Assembly: GCA_038205545.1 (NCBI GenBank)
Contig: JBBRBV010000009.1
Coordinates: 1,913 to 65,912 of the forward strand
Length of the DNA stretch: 64,000 bases
Direction of reading: 5' to 3'
Source of the DNA: Actinomycetales bacterium
GTDB lineage: Bacteria > Actinomycetota > Actinomycetes > Actinomycetales > Microbacteriaceae
Shown here: positions 49,074 through 59,545 of the stretch, piece by piece
Position numbering within the stretch: position 1 is the stretch's first letter
How the letters are laid out: each line of letters opens with the position of its first letter
Made by a program: the position numbers and the translations under genes
Notes under the pieces: model-generated
What the model saw: only the letters and a program-made list of their open reading frames with translations
The model's database searches: none
Told to the model about the DNA's origin: nothing

Positions 49074-49235
49074 ATGTACGCAGCGTTGTGGCGTGTTCTT
49101 CCCGGACCGATCTGGGTGCGCATTATTCTTGTTCTGATTCTCGTGGCAGCCGTACTCGCAGCGCTGTCCACCTGGGTATACCCATGGATCGACGGCATTC
49201 TTAACAACCAGGAAGCGACGGTGGGCAGCCCATGA
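49074..49235 (+). CDS. small (53 aa) single-TM protein between sortase and amidotransferase
   Basis: Below the track cutoff. Manual translation: MYAALWRVLPGPIWVRIILVLILVAAVLAALSTWVYPWIDGILNNQEATVGSP. The stop overlaps the next ATG (ATGA at 49232-49235). Confidence 0.5.
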   Translation: MYAALWRVLPGPIWVRIILVLILVAAVLAALSTWVYPWIDGILNNQEATVGSP

Positions 49236-49870
49236 CCCGCATTCTCGTAATCGACAACTACGACAGTTTTGTGTACACCCTGAACGGTTATCTCATGGAG
49301 CTCGGTGCCGAAACCGACGTCGTGCGCAACGACGCCTTCGACAAAGCGGATGCGGCGTCCCGCATTGCCGACTACGACGGCGTGCTGGTCTCACCTGGTC
49401 CGGGTAAGCCGTCAGATGCCGGGGTCTCTATCGCCGTGGTCGAGTCGGCCCTCGCCGCCGACCTGCCGTTGTTCGGCGTGTGCCTCGGCCATCAGGCTAT
49501 CGCGGAGGCCTTCGGTGCCACGGTGACCAATGCCGAAGAACTCATGCACGGCAAGACCTCGCTCATCACGCACGATGGCAGCGACTTCTACGACGGCGTG
49601 CCGCAACCCTTCACGGCCACCCGATACCATTCGCTCGCCGTGGTTGCGTCGACCGTGCCGAGTGACCTCATCGTGACGTCGCGCACGCAGGGCGGCGTCA
49701 TTATGGGGCTGCGGCACGCATCCGCTCCTATTCTCGGTGTGCAGTTTCACCCGGAGTCGGTGCTGACCGAGGGCGGCTACCGCATGCTCGGTAACTGGCT
49801 GGCCCTGACCGGCCTGGCGGGTGCGCAGGAGACCGCGAAGTCCCTGCACCCGCTCCTGCGCCTGAGCTAA
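49232..49870 (+). CDS. anthranilate/aminodeoxychorismate synthase component II (class I glutamine amidotransferase)
   Basis: 212 aa. GVCLGHQAI catalytic Cys, QFHPES. Confidence 0.92.
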   Translation: MTRILVIDNYDSFVYTLNGYLMELGAETDVVRNDAFDKADAASRIADYDGVLVSPGPGKPSDAGVSIAVVESALAADLPLFGVCLGHQAIAEAFGATVTNAEELMHGKTSLITHDGSDFYDGVPQPFTATRYHSLAVVASTVPSDLIVTSRTQGGVIMGLRHASAPILGVQFHPESVLTEGGYRMLGNWLALTGLAGAQETAKSLHPLLRLS

Positions 49871-49998
49871 CCGCCGCGCAGCTCCAGCCGGTGCTCCGCG
49901 CACGGGCAGAGTCATGCACCGGGCCCACCGTATGAACCTAGGCCCAGTTTCTATCATGGGCCCGCGTTCCGGGCCCGGGCCCGGTGCAGAGAACGGGG

Positions 49999-51711
49999 CT
50001 AGGAGGAGACGCAGTAGGTGAGGGTGATCTCGGAGCTCTGCGCAACGTCACCGGGCGCTAGGGATTGAGCTATGACCAAGGAGTCATCCTCCTGGTCGCA
50101 GTCGCGGCTCACCTCGGAGCTGGGTACCAGACCGAGGTTCGTGGCGAAGTCGAACGCAGCGACAAGGGACTGGCCGGTGAGGTCTCCGAGAGTGACGAGA
50201 CCGCTGGAGACGATGTAATTGACGGTGACGCCGGCGGACTCGGCGGCCGCGGCCGGCGGGTCGGTGCGCAAGACAACATCAACGGCGACGGTGGGAGAGT
50301 TCTCGGCGGTAACCGACCCGGAAACGAGACCGATCGCTTCGATCGCGGCCTGGGCATCCGCTAGGGGCTGATTGGTGACGTCGGGAACGACAACGGGTAC
50401 TGGCCCGGTTGACACGAAGACCTTGATCACGTCTGCAGGATTGACAATGGTGGTGGCTGGCGGGTCGGTGCGGATGACCTGGTCGACCGGCACGGTGGTG
50501 CTCGACTCCTCAGCCCGGGTCGCCGCGAGGTCCAGATCGAGCAGCGTGTTCTGGGCCTCATCGTAGGTCTGGCCGGTGAGGGAGGGTATCTGGCGGGAGC
50601 TATCGGGCAGTTCCACCGAGGGCTGCAGGTTAGCGACCCAGATCATGACCGCAACGACGATGACGATGACGCACACGATGCCAGCCCAGACCCAGATCAC
50701 CGGGGGGCGCCGCTGGGTGCGCACCATTGTTTGATCCTCGGACAGCTGTTTGAGGGCGAGGGCCGAACCGGTAACGGCTGTGGGCACAGCACCAAACAGA
50801 CCGGCCCCCACCTCTTCCCCGGTGCGGTGGATAGGCATCTGGCCCGACCCGGCGGTCTCGACATCGTTGCGAAACTCCACGGCGCTCTGGTACCGGGAAA
50901 AACGGTCCTTGGCCAGGGCCCGCAGTACGACGGAATCGAGGGCTGGCGACACCTTGGGGTTGAGTGCGGACGGCTTGACCGGCAGCTCGCTGACGTGCTG
51001 ATACGCCACTGCCACGGGAGAATCACCGCGGAACGGTGGGCGCCCGGTGAGCATCTCAAACAGCACCACACCGGTCGAGTACAAGTCGGTGCGCGCATCG
51101 ACGGATTCGCCCTTGGCCTGCTCGGGGGAGAAATACGCGGCCGTACCGAGAATCGCCGTAGTCTGGGCGACCGTTGTGGCCGAGTCGGAAATTGCGCGGG
51201 CGATGCCGAAGTCCATCACCTTGACCTGGCCGGACTTGGTGATCATGATATTGCCGGGCTTGATGTCGCGGTGCACGACGCCAGCGCGGTGCGAATACTC
51301 AAGCGCGGTCAAGACCCCGTCGATGATGCGCACGGCCTCGGCGGCCTCGATCGGACCCTCGCGAATAATGTCCTTGAGCAGCCGACCATCGACGTGTTCC
51401 ATGACGATAAACGGAATCTGCGATACGTGGCCGGACTCGTCGGTGATGGTCTCTTCGCCGGCATCGAAGACCCGCACGATCGTCGGGTGAGCCATGCGCG
51501 CGGCGGCCTGCGCCTCCTGGCGAAAGCGGGTACGAAAAGCCGGGTCGACCGCGAGGGTCGACTTGAGTAACTTAATCGCTACCGTGCGGCCGAGCCGCGA
51601 ATCAGTGCCGATGTGCACGTCAGACATTCCGCCACGGCCGAGCAGGGCACCGACACGATAGCGACCTGCGATCAAACGGCCAGAGTCAGTCACGAACGCA
51701 CTCCCCCACAA
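49999..51711 (-). CDS. pknB: Ser/Thr protein kinase PknB with extracellular PASTA repeats
   Basis: 570 aa. Hanks kinase ([11 protein letters not shown]), one TM, about three PASTA-like repeats. The start may be a few codons downstream. Confidence 0.94.
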   Translation of the reverse strand: MWGSAFVTDSGRLIAGRYRVGALLGRGGMSDVHIGTDSRLGRTVAIKLLKSTLAVDPAFRTRFRQEAQAAARMAHPTIVRVFDAGEETITDESGHVSQIPFIVMEHVDGRLLKDIIREGPIEAAEAVRIIDGVLTALEYSHRAGVVHRDIKPGNIMITKSGQVKVMDFGIARAISDSATTVAQTTAILGTAAYFSPEQAKGESVDARTDLYSTGVVLFEMLTGRPPFRGDSPVAVAYQHVSELPVKPSALNPKVSPALDSVVLRALAKDRFSRYQSAVEFRNDVETAGSGQMPIHRTGEEVGAGLFGAVPTAVTGSALALKQLSEDQTMVRTQRRPPVIWVWAGIVCVIVIVVAVMIWVANLQPSVELPDSSRQIPSLTGQTYDEAQNTLLDLDLAATRAEESSTTVPVDQVIRTDPPATTIVNPADVIKVFVSTGPVPVVVPDVTNQPLADAQAAIEAIGLVSGSVTAENSPTVAVDVVLRTDPPAAAAESAGVTVNYIVSSGLVTLGDLTGQSLVAAFDFATNLGLVPSSEVSRDCDQEDDSLVIAQSLAPGDVAQSSEITLTYCVSS

Positions 51712-51771
51712 TCAGACACCGTGTTCGGGTTGGACACAGTGAGGGCTACTTTACCGCACCGCACCGGGACG

Positions 51772-53490
51772 TTACTCGCCGACGGGGGCGGCACCAGTTA
51801 CATCAACGGTTGCTGTGGGAGAGAACTCAGAGCCGATCTGACCACAGAAATAGCGGAACTTGACTTTGAATTGTTCGGTTCCGGCGGTAATAGTGGCCGT
51901 CGTCGTGTTGGCATCGGTCGGGTTGGCCGAGGTGATGACGGCGGCACCGCCCTCCGTGGCGATTTCATAGCCGGCCAGGGTCTGGCCGGTTGGGCAGGTC
52001 TGGGCGTTCCAGGTCACCGTCACGGTGCCGGCCGGAGCAACCGGCGAGGGTGTCGCGGTCGGGGGTGATGACGGCGGGCTCGGCGTGGCGACCGGTCCAT
52101 GGACCGTGAGGCTCACCGTCGTGCCCGCGGGAACCGGGCCGGTGGGGTTGACCCGGTAGACCTTGTCGACGGTGTCGTCGGTCTCGGCCGCGTTGCCGGT
52201 GACGATATCGGCCACGAAGCCCATATCCACGAGCTTCGCGGCGGCCTCGGCACTGGGCAGCCCAGTGAAGTCTTCTGGATTCACGGAGGTATTGGTGGGG
52301 GTCGGGGTCGGTGCCGGTGTCGGTGTCGGGCTCGGCGATGGACTCGGGGACGGAGATGGAGACGGCTCGGTCGAGGGGGTCGCCGACGTCGCAACCGGGG
52401 CCGGGGTGTCGTTGTTCTGAGCGAACAGGGCTATGAGCGTACCGGTGAGCACGATCACGAGTACGGCAACGAGTGCGATGAGCGGCCACGTCCACTTGCT
52501 GCGTTTTTTCTGCTCGGGCTCGGCGGCAGCAGATGCTTGGGTGATGGGCGCACCGGTGGCCGGGAAAATGGCGGTGGCCTGGTCATTTCCGGCACCGGGC
52601 ATGAGCATGGTGGCGCTGGTGGCCGTCTGGCCACCCAGAACAGACGGTACGGCCGCGGCGGCCGCGGCCACGTCACCCCGACGCAGAGCGGATGCCGCGC
52701 GAGCCAGGTGGGCGGCCGAGGCTGGACGGTCGGCAGGATTCTTGGCCAGGCAGGCGAAGACCAGGTTGCGCACCGGTTCGGACACGGTGACGGGGAGGTC
52801 TGGTGCGATCTCATTGATCTGGGCCATGGCGATCGCCACCTGGGACTCGCCCGTGAACGGACGACGGCCCGCGAGGGACTCGTAGGCGACGATGCCGATC
52901 GAGTAGATGTCTGTGGTCGGTGACGCCGGGTGGCCGCTGGCCTGTTCGGGCGAGAGGTACGGCACGGTGCCCATGACCTGGCCGGTCGCCGTCAGGGGCA
53001 CCTGGTCGGCGATGCGGGCGATACCGAAGTCGGTGATCTTGACCCGGCCCTCTGGAGTGATGAGCAGGTTACCGGGCTTGATGTCACGGTGCACGAGACC
53101 CGCTGCGTGGGCGGCGTGCAGCGCGGCCGAAGTCTGCGCGACAATGTCGAGCACCTTGTCCGTCGGTAGAACGTGCTCACGCTCGAGAATTGTCGACAGG
53201 GCCTCGCCGGGGACGAGTTCCATGACGAGGAAGGCGCTGCCATCTTCTTCGCCATAGTCGAAGACATTCGCTATGCCTTCATGGTTGACGAGCGCGGCGT
53301 GGCGCGCTTCGGCGCGGAAGCGCTCGAGAAAGCCCGGATCGCCCAGGTATTCGTCCTTCAAAATCTTAATCGCGACACTTCGTCCGATGACGAGGTCGGT
53401 GGACTTCCACACCTCGCCCATACCGCCAATCGCAATGCGCGACTGCAGCTCGTATCGTCCCCCGAAGGTGAGCCCTGTTGTGGGTCTCAT
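51772..53490 (-). CDS. Ser/Thr protein kinase in the pknA position, with extracellular PASTA-like plus extra beta-rich domain
   Basis: 572 aa. Kinase core ([11 protein letters not shown]), TM, (SP)n/(TP)n linker, one PASTA-like unit ([18 protein letters not shown]...TVSLTVHGP), then a two-Cys C-terminal domain. Confidence 0.92.
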   Translation of the reverse strand: MRPTTGLTFGGRYELQSRIAIGGMGEVWKSTDLVIGRSVAIKILKDEYLGDPGFLERFRAEARHAALVNHEGIANVFDYGEEDGSAFLVMELVPGEALSTILEREHVLPTDKVLDIVAQTSAALHAAHAAGLVHRDIKPGNLLITPEGRVKITDFGIARIADQVPLTATGQVMGTVPYLSPEQASGHPASPTTDIYSIGIVAYESLAGRRPFTGESQVAIAMAQINEIAPDLPVTVSEPVRNLVFACLAKNPADRPASAAHLARAASALRRGDVAAAAAAVPSVLGGQTATSATMLMPGAGNDQATAIFPATGAPITQASAAAEPEQKKRSKWTWPLIALVAVLVIVLTGTLIALFAQNNDTPAPVATSATPSTEPSPSPSPSPSPSPTPTPAPTPTPTNTSVNPEDFTGLPSAEAAAKLVDMGFVADIVTGNAAETDDTVDKVYRVNPTGPVPAGTTVSLTVHGPVATPSPPSSPPTATPSPVAPAGTVTVTWNAQTCPTGQTLAGYEIATEGGAAVITSANPTDANTTTATITAGTEQFKVKFRYFCGQIGSEFSPTATVDVTGAAPVGE

Positions 53491-54938
53491 TTGCTCAGCA
53501 CCGCCTCTAGTACTTTCTGTGCGACAGGTGCGGCAAGAAGGTTGCCGAACCCGGTTTGTCCCATTCCCCCACCGTCTTCAATGAGAACGGTAATGGCCAA
53601 TTTCGGGTCGTTCGCCGGTGCGAAGCCGGTGAACCACAATGTGAATGGATCGGTTGACCCGTTCTGCGCTGTGCCTGTTTTTCCTGCCACGTCAACCCCG
53701 TCTATTCTTGCATTGCTTGCGGCGCCATCCTGAACGTTGTTGATCATCATCGCGGTGAGTGTCGCGGCAGTTTGCGTGCTCATCACGCGTCCGAGCGGGG
53801 CCGGTTGGAAAGTTTCCAGGGCGCTGAGGTTGGGCGCCAGAATCTCCTGGACCAGGTTGGGTTTCATAGCGACACCCCCGTTGGCGATGGCACCACTGAC
53901 CGTGGCCATCTGCAGTGGGGTCACTCGCACGTTGAACTGGCCGAATGCTGACTGAGCTGTCTCCGGATCGTTGAGGTCGCTGGGGTACTTGCTCGCGGTG
54001 ACGTTCGTTGGAATGCTGTGGCTGCTGTTGAAGCCAAACTTCTCGGCGGTTTCTCGAATGAGGGTGTCGCCGAGTTCCACGCCGAGTTCAGCGAAGGGAA
54101 TATTGCAGGACAGCCGGAGGGCCGTGGCGAGGGTGACCGTCTCGCCGGCACCGCAGGTCGAGTCGCCGGAGTTCTGAATTATGCTCGTGGTTCCGGGTGG
54201 TGTGTACACACTCAGATTCGGGAAGGTGCTCTCCGGCGTGTATGTGCCCGATTCGATTGCGGCGGTGGCGACGACGAGCTTGAACACGGACCCGGGCGGG
54301 TTGAGCGAATTGATAGCGCGGTTGACTAGTGGGTCGTTCTCGTCGGCAAGCAGGGCATCGTAGCTCGCGGTGACCTCACTGTTGTTGTGCACCGTCAGCA
54401 GGTTTGGGTTGAAGCTCGGCTTGGACACCATGGCGAGAATGCGCCCGGTGGCCGGCTCGGTCACCACAACGGAACCGGTGAAGTCACCCAGGGCATCCCA
54501 GGCTGCTTGCTGTGCGATTGGGTCGATCGTGACCCCGACGGCGGCACCCTTGGGATCTTGTCCAGTGACCAGAGCACCGATCTTGTCGAAGAACTGTGAG
54601 TTCGAGGTGCCGGTGAGTTCGGGATTGAGGGCGGCTTCGAGGCCGGTCGGTTCGCCGTTGATCGGGATATACCCGGTAACCGGCGCGTACAGCTCGGGGT
54701 TGGTGTAAGTGCGCAGAAACTTGAAGTCGTCATCGACCGGCATTGACTGGGCGATCGGTTCACCGGCCACCAGGATGGCGCCGCGCTCGACCTGGTAGCT
54801 GTCGTACAACGTGCGGGTATTGCGCGGGTCGGCCGAAAGATTATCGGCCTGGAAGGCCTGAATGATCGACGTGGAGCTCAGGAGCGCGACGAACATCAGC
54901 ATCACGACGATGCTGATGCGCTTGAGTTCGCGATTCAT
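53487..54938 (-). CDS. pbpA: penicillin-binding protein (class B transpeptidase) PbpA
   Basis: ATG 54938 ([14 protein letters not shown]). SVFK, SCN and KTGT motifs. The longer track ORF overlaps rodA. Confidence 0.93.
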   Translation of the reverse strand: MNRELKRISIVVMLMFVALLSSTSIIQAFQADNLSADPRNTRTLYDSYQVERGAILVAGEPIAQSMPVDDDFKFLRTYTNPELYAPVTGYIPINGEPTGLEAALNPELTGTSNSQFFDKIGALVTGQDPKGAAVGVTIDPIAQQAAWDALGDFTGSVVVTEPATGRILAMVSKPSFNPNLLTVHNNSEVTASYDALLADENDPLVNRAINSLNPPGSVFKLVVATAAIESGTYTPESTFPNLSVYTPPGTTSIIQNSGDSTCGAGETVTLATALRLSCNIPFAELGVELGDTLIRETAEKFGFNSSHSIPTNVTASKYPSDLNDPETAQSAFGQFNVRVTPLQMATVSGAIANGGVAMKPNLVQEILAPNLSALETFQPAPLGRVMSTQTAATLTAMMINNVQDGAASNARIDGVDVAGKTGTAQNGSTDPFTLWFTGFAPANDPKLAITVLIEDGGGMGQTGFGNLLAAPVAQKVLEAVLSK

Positions 54939-56329
54939 TAGACCACCAGCCGGGGTTGATTGCGCACGGTGTCGGAGAGCCGCAGCAACAGGGCCACGAT
55001 GATCCAGTTGGCCACGAGCGAGGAACCGCCGGCGGCCAGGAACGGGGTGGTGAGACCGGTGAGCGGAATGACCCGGGTGACACCGCCGATGACGATGAAG
55101 CACTGCAGGGCCACCACGAACGCGAGCCCAACGGCGAGCAGCTTGCCGAAATCGTCTTGACCGGCGAAACCGATGCGAAACCCGCGCGCTACAAACAAAA
55201 GATAGAGAGCGAGAATAGCGAAGATTCCGGCGAGTCCCAGCTCTTCGCCGAGGCTCGCAATGATGTAGTCACTCTGCGGCACCGGCGTGAGTTCCGGACG
55301 TCCCTGGCCCCAGCCGGTGCCCAGCAAACCACCCTTGGCCAGTCCGAACAGTCCCTGCACAAGCTGAAAACTGCCACCGCTCGCTTCGTAGACGTCGGGA
55401 TTTAATGCGTCGAGCCAGTTGGTGAAACGGCCGTTGACGTAGTCGAGGGTCTGGCTGGCTAGCAGGGCGCCGCCAAGGAACAAACCCATGCCCATGAAGA
55501 CCCAGCTGAGACGGCCCGTAGCGAGGTAGAGCATGACCAGGAACAGGCCGAAGTACAGCAGGGCGGTGCCGAGGTCACGCTGAAAGATGATGACCGACAT
55601 TGACAGGGCCCACACGACGAGGATCGGACCGAGATCACGAATGCGGGGAAAGCGCGCGCCGAGAAACTTTTTGCCGACCATGGAGAGACTGTCGCGGTGG
55701 CGCACGAGATAGCCGGCAAAGAAAACGGCGAGGGCAATCTTGGCGATCTCACCGGGCTGAAAGGTGCCGAAACTCCCGAAGCCGATCCACACTCGGGCAC
55801 CGCTGATCTCCCGGCCGAGGCCAGGAATGAGCGGCAGAAAGAGTAGAACCACACCGATGAGGCCCGCAATGTAGGTGTATCGAAAGAGGATGCGGTGATT
55901 ACGGATGACCAGGAGCACGACGATGGCACTGAAAATGGCCAGAGCGCTCCACACCGTCTGGCGCACGGCGGCGCTGGCCCACCCGCTTTGCTGGTCGGCG
56001 ATATCGATGCGGTAGATCATGGCGATGCCGAGGCCGTTGAGGACGGTGGCGATCGGCAGAATGAACGGGTCGGCGTCGCGGGCAACGAACCGCAGCACGA
56101 CGTGCAGGCTGATGACCAGCACCGACAGCCCGGCGCCGAGCAGCACCAGGGACGAATCGAGTTCTCCGAGGGCGCCCAGTTGCACCAGTACGACCGCGCT
56201 CGCGTTGATGAAGGAGGCGATCAGTAACAGGAACAGTTCCAGGTTTCGCAGTTTCTGAGGCAGGTGCAGACGACGCACCGGCTCCGTGGCCGGTGCTGGG
56301 CGTTCCTGTTGAGCGGATGCGTTACTCAA
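54938..56329 (-). CDS. rodA: SEDS-family peptidoglycan polymerase RodA/FtsW
   Basis: 463 aa. FtsW/RodA/SpoVE multi-pass protein in the conserved pstP-rodA-pbpA arrangement. Confidence 0.93.
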   Translation of the reverse strand: MSNASAQQERPAPATEPVRRLHLPQKLRNLELFLLLIASFINASAVVLVQLGALGELDSSLVLLGAGLSVLVISLHVVLRFVARDADPFILPIATVLNGLGIAMIYRIDIADQQSGWASAAVRQTVWSALAIFSAIVVLLVIRNHRILFRYTYIAGLIGVVLLFLPLIPGLGREISGARVWIGFGSFGTFQPGEIAKIALAVFFAGYLVRHRDSLSMVGKKFLGARFPRIRDLGPILVVWALSMSVIIFQRDLGTALLYFGLFLVMLYLATGRLSWVFMGMGLFLGGALLASQTLDYVNGRFTNWLDALNPDVYEASGGSFQLVQGLFGLAKGGLLGTGWGQGRPELTPVPQSDYIIASLGEELGLAGIFAILALYLLFVARGFRIGFAGQDDFGKLLAVGLAFVVALQCFIVIGGVTRVIPLTGLTTPFLAAGGSSLVANWIIVALLLRLSDTVRNQPRLVV

Positions 56330-57551
56330 CGATCGCGCCCTTCAGTCGCTCGACAATGGCCATCGCGTCGGCGAGGGAGCCCGCGCTGATGGTCTGCTCG
56401 ACCTGCTGACGGTCGTAGACGCGCAGGTCGGAGAGGACGATGTTGGTGGCGTCGTAGACGCTGGAGAGTTTGATCGGACCGATGTCCTGCTGCACACCCT
56501 GGTAGATGGCGACAGTGGAACCGGCGGCTCCCACGAAATAGCGGGTCTGGGTCCACTGGTAGCCGAGGAAGGCGGTTGTCACGATGCTGAGCACGAGAAG
56601 AATGACGCCGACCAGCCAGGTGACCCTGCGGCGGCGCGCGCGGCGGGCATCCTCTTCGATCAATTCGGACAGGTAATCCTGCGAATCGGGTTCGAAGTGG
56701 GCTTCGCGCACCGGATGCAAACGCAGTGCGGGTATGCGCAGGGCGCGGTTGCGGCCCGGCTCCTCACCGAAGGCAAGGGGATTCGCTGCCGAACCGACGA
56801 CGATGGGGCTGTCGGTACGGGCAACATCTTCGCCGATATCAACGATCACCACGGTGACGTTATCGGGGGCTCCGCCATCGAGGCTCTCTTTGACGAGCAG
56901 GTCGGCGACGTCCTGCGCATTCGCCCCACTGGCGAGGGCGGAGGCTATATTCGTGTGCGAAACCACGCCGGTGAGGCCGTCGGAGCACAGCAGCCAGCGG
57001 TCGCCGGCGACCGTGGCCAGAATCGAGGTGTCAATTTCGGGGCTCGCCTCGACATCACCGAGCACGCGCATGAGCACGGATCGTCGCGGATGGACCATGG
57101 CTTCGGCTTCGGTGATGCGGCCGCTGTCGACCAGACGCTGCACGAAGGTGTGGTCCATGGTGATCTGGGAGAGCTCCTGATCGCGCAACAGATAGATGCG
57201 CGAGTCGCCGATATGGGCGATCGCGACCTCATCCTCCAGCACCACGATGGCGCTGACCGTCGTGCCCATGCCGGTCAGTTCGGCGTGCTCGAAGACCGTT
57301 TCGGCCAGCTGGGCATTGGCGCCGATCAGGGCGGCCTGCAGGGCGAATTCGGCGTCCTGCGGGCTCAGGTACGGCTTGTCGGCCTCCATGATGCGCTTGG
57401 TGGCGATTGACGATGCCACGTCGCCGCCGGCGTGCCCGCCCATGCCGTCGGCGACCACAAACAGGTGCTGTCCGGCATAGCCGGAATCCTGGTTATTGGT
57501 GCGAATTTTGCCGACGTGGGATACGGCTGCACTGTGACTGACGGTCGCCAT
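56322..57551 (-). CDS. pstP: PP2C-family Ser/Thr phosphatase with C-terminal TM/extracellular segment
   Basis: 409 aa. VADGMGGHAGG, DGLT motifs, TM VTWLVGVILLVLSIVTTAFLGY. Confidence 0.93.
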   Translation of the reverse strand: MATVSHSAAVSHVGKIRTNNQDSGYAGQHLFVVADGMGGHAGGDVASSIATKRIMEADKPYLSPQDAEFALQAALIGANAQLAETVFEHAELTGMGTTVSAIVVLEDEVAIAHIGDSRIYLLRDQELSQITMDHTFVQRLVDSGRITEAEAMVHPRRSVLMRVLGDVEASPEIDTSILATVAGDRWLLCSDGLTGVVSHTNIASALASGANAQDVADLLVKESLDGGAPDNVTVVIVDIGEDVARTDSPIVVGSAANPLAFGEEPGRNRALRIPALRLHPVREAHFEPDSQDYLSELIEEDARRARRRRVTWLVGVILLVLSIVTTAFLGYQWTQTRYFVGAAGSTVAIYQGVQQDIGPIKLSSVYDATNIVLSDLRVYDRQQVEQTISAGSLADAMAIVERLKGAIVE

Positions 57552-57554
57552 GAC

Positions 57555-58118
57555 TTACCGCCGAAGCTCGAAGCTGGTGGCGCCGATCTTCACGGTGGCG
57601 TTCAGGGGGACTTTCGTCGGCACGGTGACGCGGGTGCCGGCCAGGAAGGTGCCGTTGGTGGAATCCAAGTCTTGCAGCATCCACTCGTCGTTCCAGAGCA
57701 TGAGGCGAGCGTGGTGCGTGGAGGTGTAGTCATCGCGGATGACCAGGCTGGAATCGCCGGAGCGGCCGATCGTGACGCTTTCGGTGCCCAGCGGAAACTC
57801 GGTGCCGGCTTTCGGGCCGCTCGTGATGACCAGGCGGGTCGTGTTCGTGCTGGTGGCCATTCCCGCATCGGCGCTCGGACTGGCGCGCGGGGCCGTGGCC
57901 GTGTAGGCGTCGGCGGTCGGGGCTGTGGCGCGAGCTGCGGCGGGAACAGCGGCGGGTGCAGCAGATGCCGCGACCGGCGCGGCATCCGCTTTCATCTTGC
58001 GCACGCGGTGGCCGAACAGGTCGCTGCGCAGGGCATAGACGATGCCGAAGATGAACAGCCAGAGCAGAAGCAGAAAGCCGATTCGCAGTACTAGCAGGGT
58101 GAGTTCGCTGACGTTCAT
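57555..58118 (-). CDS. fhaB: FHA-domain protein FhaB (FipA-like)
   Basis: 187 aa. N-terminal TM, Ala-rich linker, C-terminal FHA (GRSGDSSLVIRDDYTSTHHARL). Confidence 0.9.
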   Translation of the reverse strand: MNVSELTLLVLRIGFLLLLWLFIFGIVYALRSDLFGHRVRKMKADAAPVAASAAPAAVPAAARATAPTADAYTATAPRASPSADAGMATSTNTTRLVITSGPKAGTEFPLGTESVTIGRSGDSSLVIRDDYTSTHHARLMLWNDEWMLQDLDSTNGTFLAGTRVTVPTKVPLNATVKIGATSFELRR

Positions 58119-58873
58119 GCGCCCGGCCCCCAGAATCCGCCCATGTCATGGCGCTGCGCACCCGGGTCAACCGGTCGTGCGGCGCGGGGGGCCTCTCCGG
58201 AGTCAGGGGCGGTCTGGGCGAGCACGCGGAACACGATGCGGGTGCGACCGATGGTGACGATCGAGTCGGGTTCGAGGATGGCCTGGCTGACCGGGGTGCC
58301 GTTGAGCTGCGAGCCGTTGGTCGATCCGAGGTCGCGCACCTGGGCGACACTGCCGTCCCACAGAATTTCCACGTGGCGGCGTGACGTGCCGGTGTCGTCG
58401 ATGGTGATATCGGCGTCGGAGCCGCGACCGATAACGGTGCGGGCTTTTGTCAGCGGGTGCCGGGTGCCGTTGATGTCGAGCACAGGGGTCCAGGTAACGG
58501 GGCTCTTGACCGAGCTGGAGTCGATCTGCACCATCCCCTCACTGAGGCTGCGGTCGTCGTGCAGGGTGATAGTGATGCCACCGGTGAACTGGTAGCGCTG
58601 TTCGGTGCCGTGTTTCTGCACGAGGGCCGTGAGCTCGTCAATGAGCGTGGCACCGAGCGCGTTCATGCGGTCATAGTCGACGTGGGACATTCGAACGGTG
58701 AAGCGATTGGGCGCGAGAATGCGATCCCGCGCTACTACAGCGGCCTTCGTGTCGAGCTCGCGACGCAGCGCGGAGGTGATTTCCACCGGCTGCAAGCCCG
58801 ACCGAAAGGTCTTGGCAAACGCTCCATTGACGGCGCGCTCCAAGCCCTTTTCAAAGTTATCCAGTATGCCCAC
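58115..58873 (-). CDS. fhaA: FHA-domain protein FhaA (DUF3662 + FHA)
   Basis: 252 aa. N-terminal MGILDNFEKGLERAVNGAFAKTFRSGLQPVEI, C-terminal FHA (IGRGSDADITIDDTGTSRRHVEI). Confidence 0.92.
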   Translation of the reverse strand: MGILDNFEKGLERAVNGAFAKTFRSGLQPVEITSALRRELDTKAAVVARDRILAPNRFTVRMSHVDYDRMNALGATLIDELTALVQKHGTEQRYQFTGGITITLHDDRSLSEGMVQIDSSSVKSPVTWTPVLDINGTRHPLTKARTVIGRGSDADITIDDTGTSRRHVEILWDGSVAQVRDLGSTNGSQLNGTPVSQAILEPDSIVTIGRTRIVFRVLAQTAPDSGEAPRAARPVDPGAQRHDMGGFWGPGA

Positions 58874-59201
58874 AGGTCTCCCGATCCGGTCCGTTTGGCT
58901 ATGAGCATGTTACTTGTCTCGGGTGACAACCCACATGGAGGGCGCAAACGGCACGAACAGTCATACTACCTCTGGAGGATCCCTGACCGAATTCCACGCC
59001 CATTATGGGCAATCTGTGGGCCGTCGGGCGGGTGGAGGGTGAGCCGGGTCGGCATCCGTTCTCGCCGCGCCAGCTGGCGGTGAGCGCGCCAGCTATACAT
59101 GGCGCGCTCATCGGTACCGGGCGCGCCCATGCTGGATACGGCCCGCGACGCGTGCGTCGAATGGCGCTGACCCCCCTCGCAGTGCTAGCATTCCTAAGTT
59201 C

Positions 59202-59285
59202 GCGCGAGTGGCGGAATTGGCAGACGCGCTGGCTTCAGGTGCCAGTGTTCGAAAGGACGTAGGGGTTCAAGTCCCCTCTCGCGCA
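59202..59285 (+). tRNA. tRNA-Leu (anticodon CAG), long variable arm
   Basis: Acceptor GCGCGAG/CTCGCGC, anticodon loop CTTCAGGT, variable-arm hairpin, T-arm GGTTCAAGTCC. Confidence 0.92.
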
Positions 59286-59349
59286 CTGCGGATTGGTAGC
59301 GGTAAGTCGCACAATCCATGCGAACAGTCAGGGCCTCTGAGAAATCGGA

Positions 59350-59403
59350 GGCCCTGTGTCGTTAACGGGCCCTGTGTCGTTAACGGGCCCTGTGTCGTAA
59401 ACG
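59350..59403. repeat. 3 x 18-bp perfect/near-perfect tandem repeat
   Basis: GGCCCTGTGTCGTTAACG x2 then GGCCCTGTGTCGTAAACG. Preceded by hairpin AGGGCCTC-N10-GAGGCCCT (59330-59355), whose 3-prime arm is part of repeat 1. Confidence 0.85.
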
Positions 59404-59545
59404 TGCAGCGGCTCCGGTGTGAGGCCCGGCGAGGCGGCTGGCCCGGTAATGTGACCTGCCGCGTCATTGGTCGACATCCGGTCAGGGTGGGCCAGTAACC
59501 TTGCGGAGACGCTGCGGGAATCCGCCCCGGCGAGAACGGATCGCG

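Noticed and set aside
49920-49998. GGGCCC-rich palindromic stretch (GGGCCCGCGTTCCGGGCCCGGGCCCGG) between trpG-like and pknB as a possible regulatory repeat
   Set aside because: It lies in a convergent gene-end spacer and is most simply read as terminator-type GC hairpins. There is no repetition elsewhere in the window.
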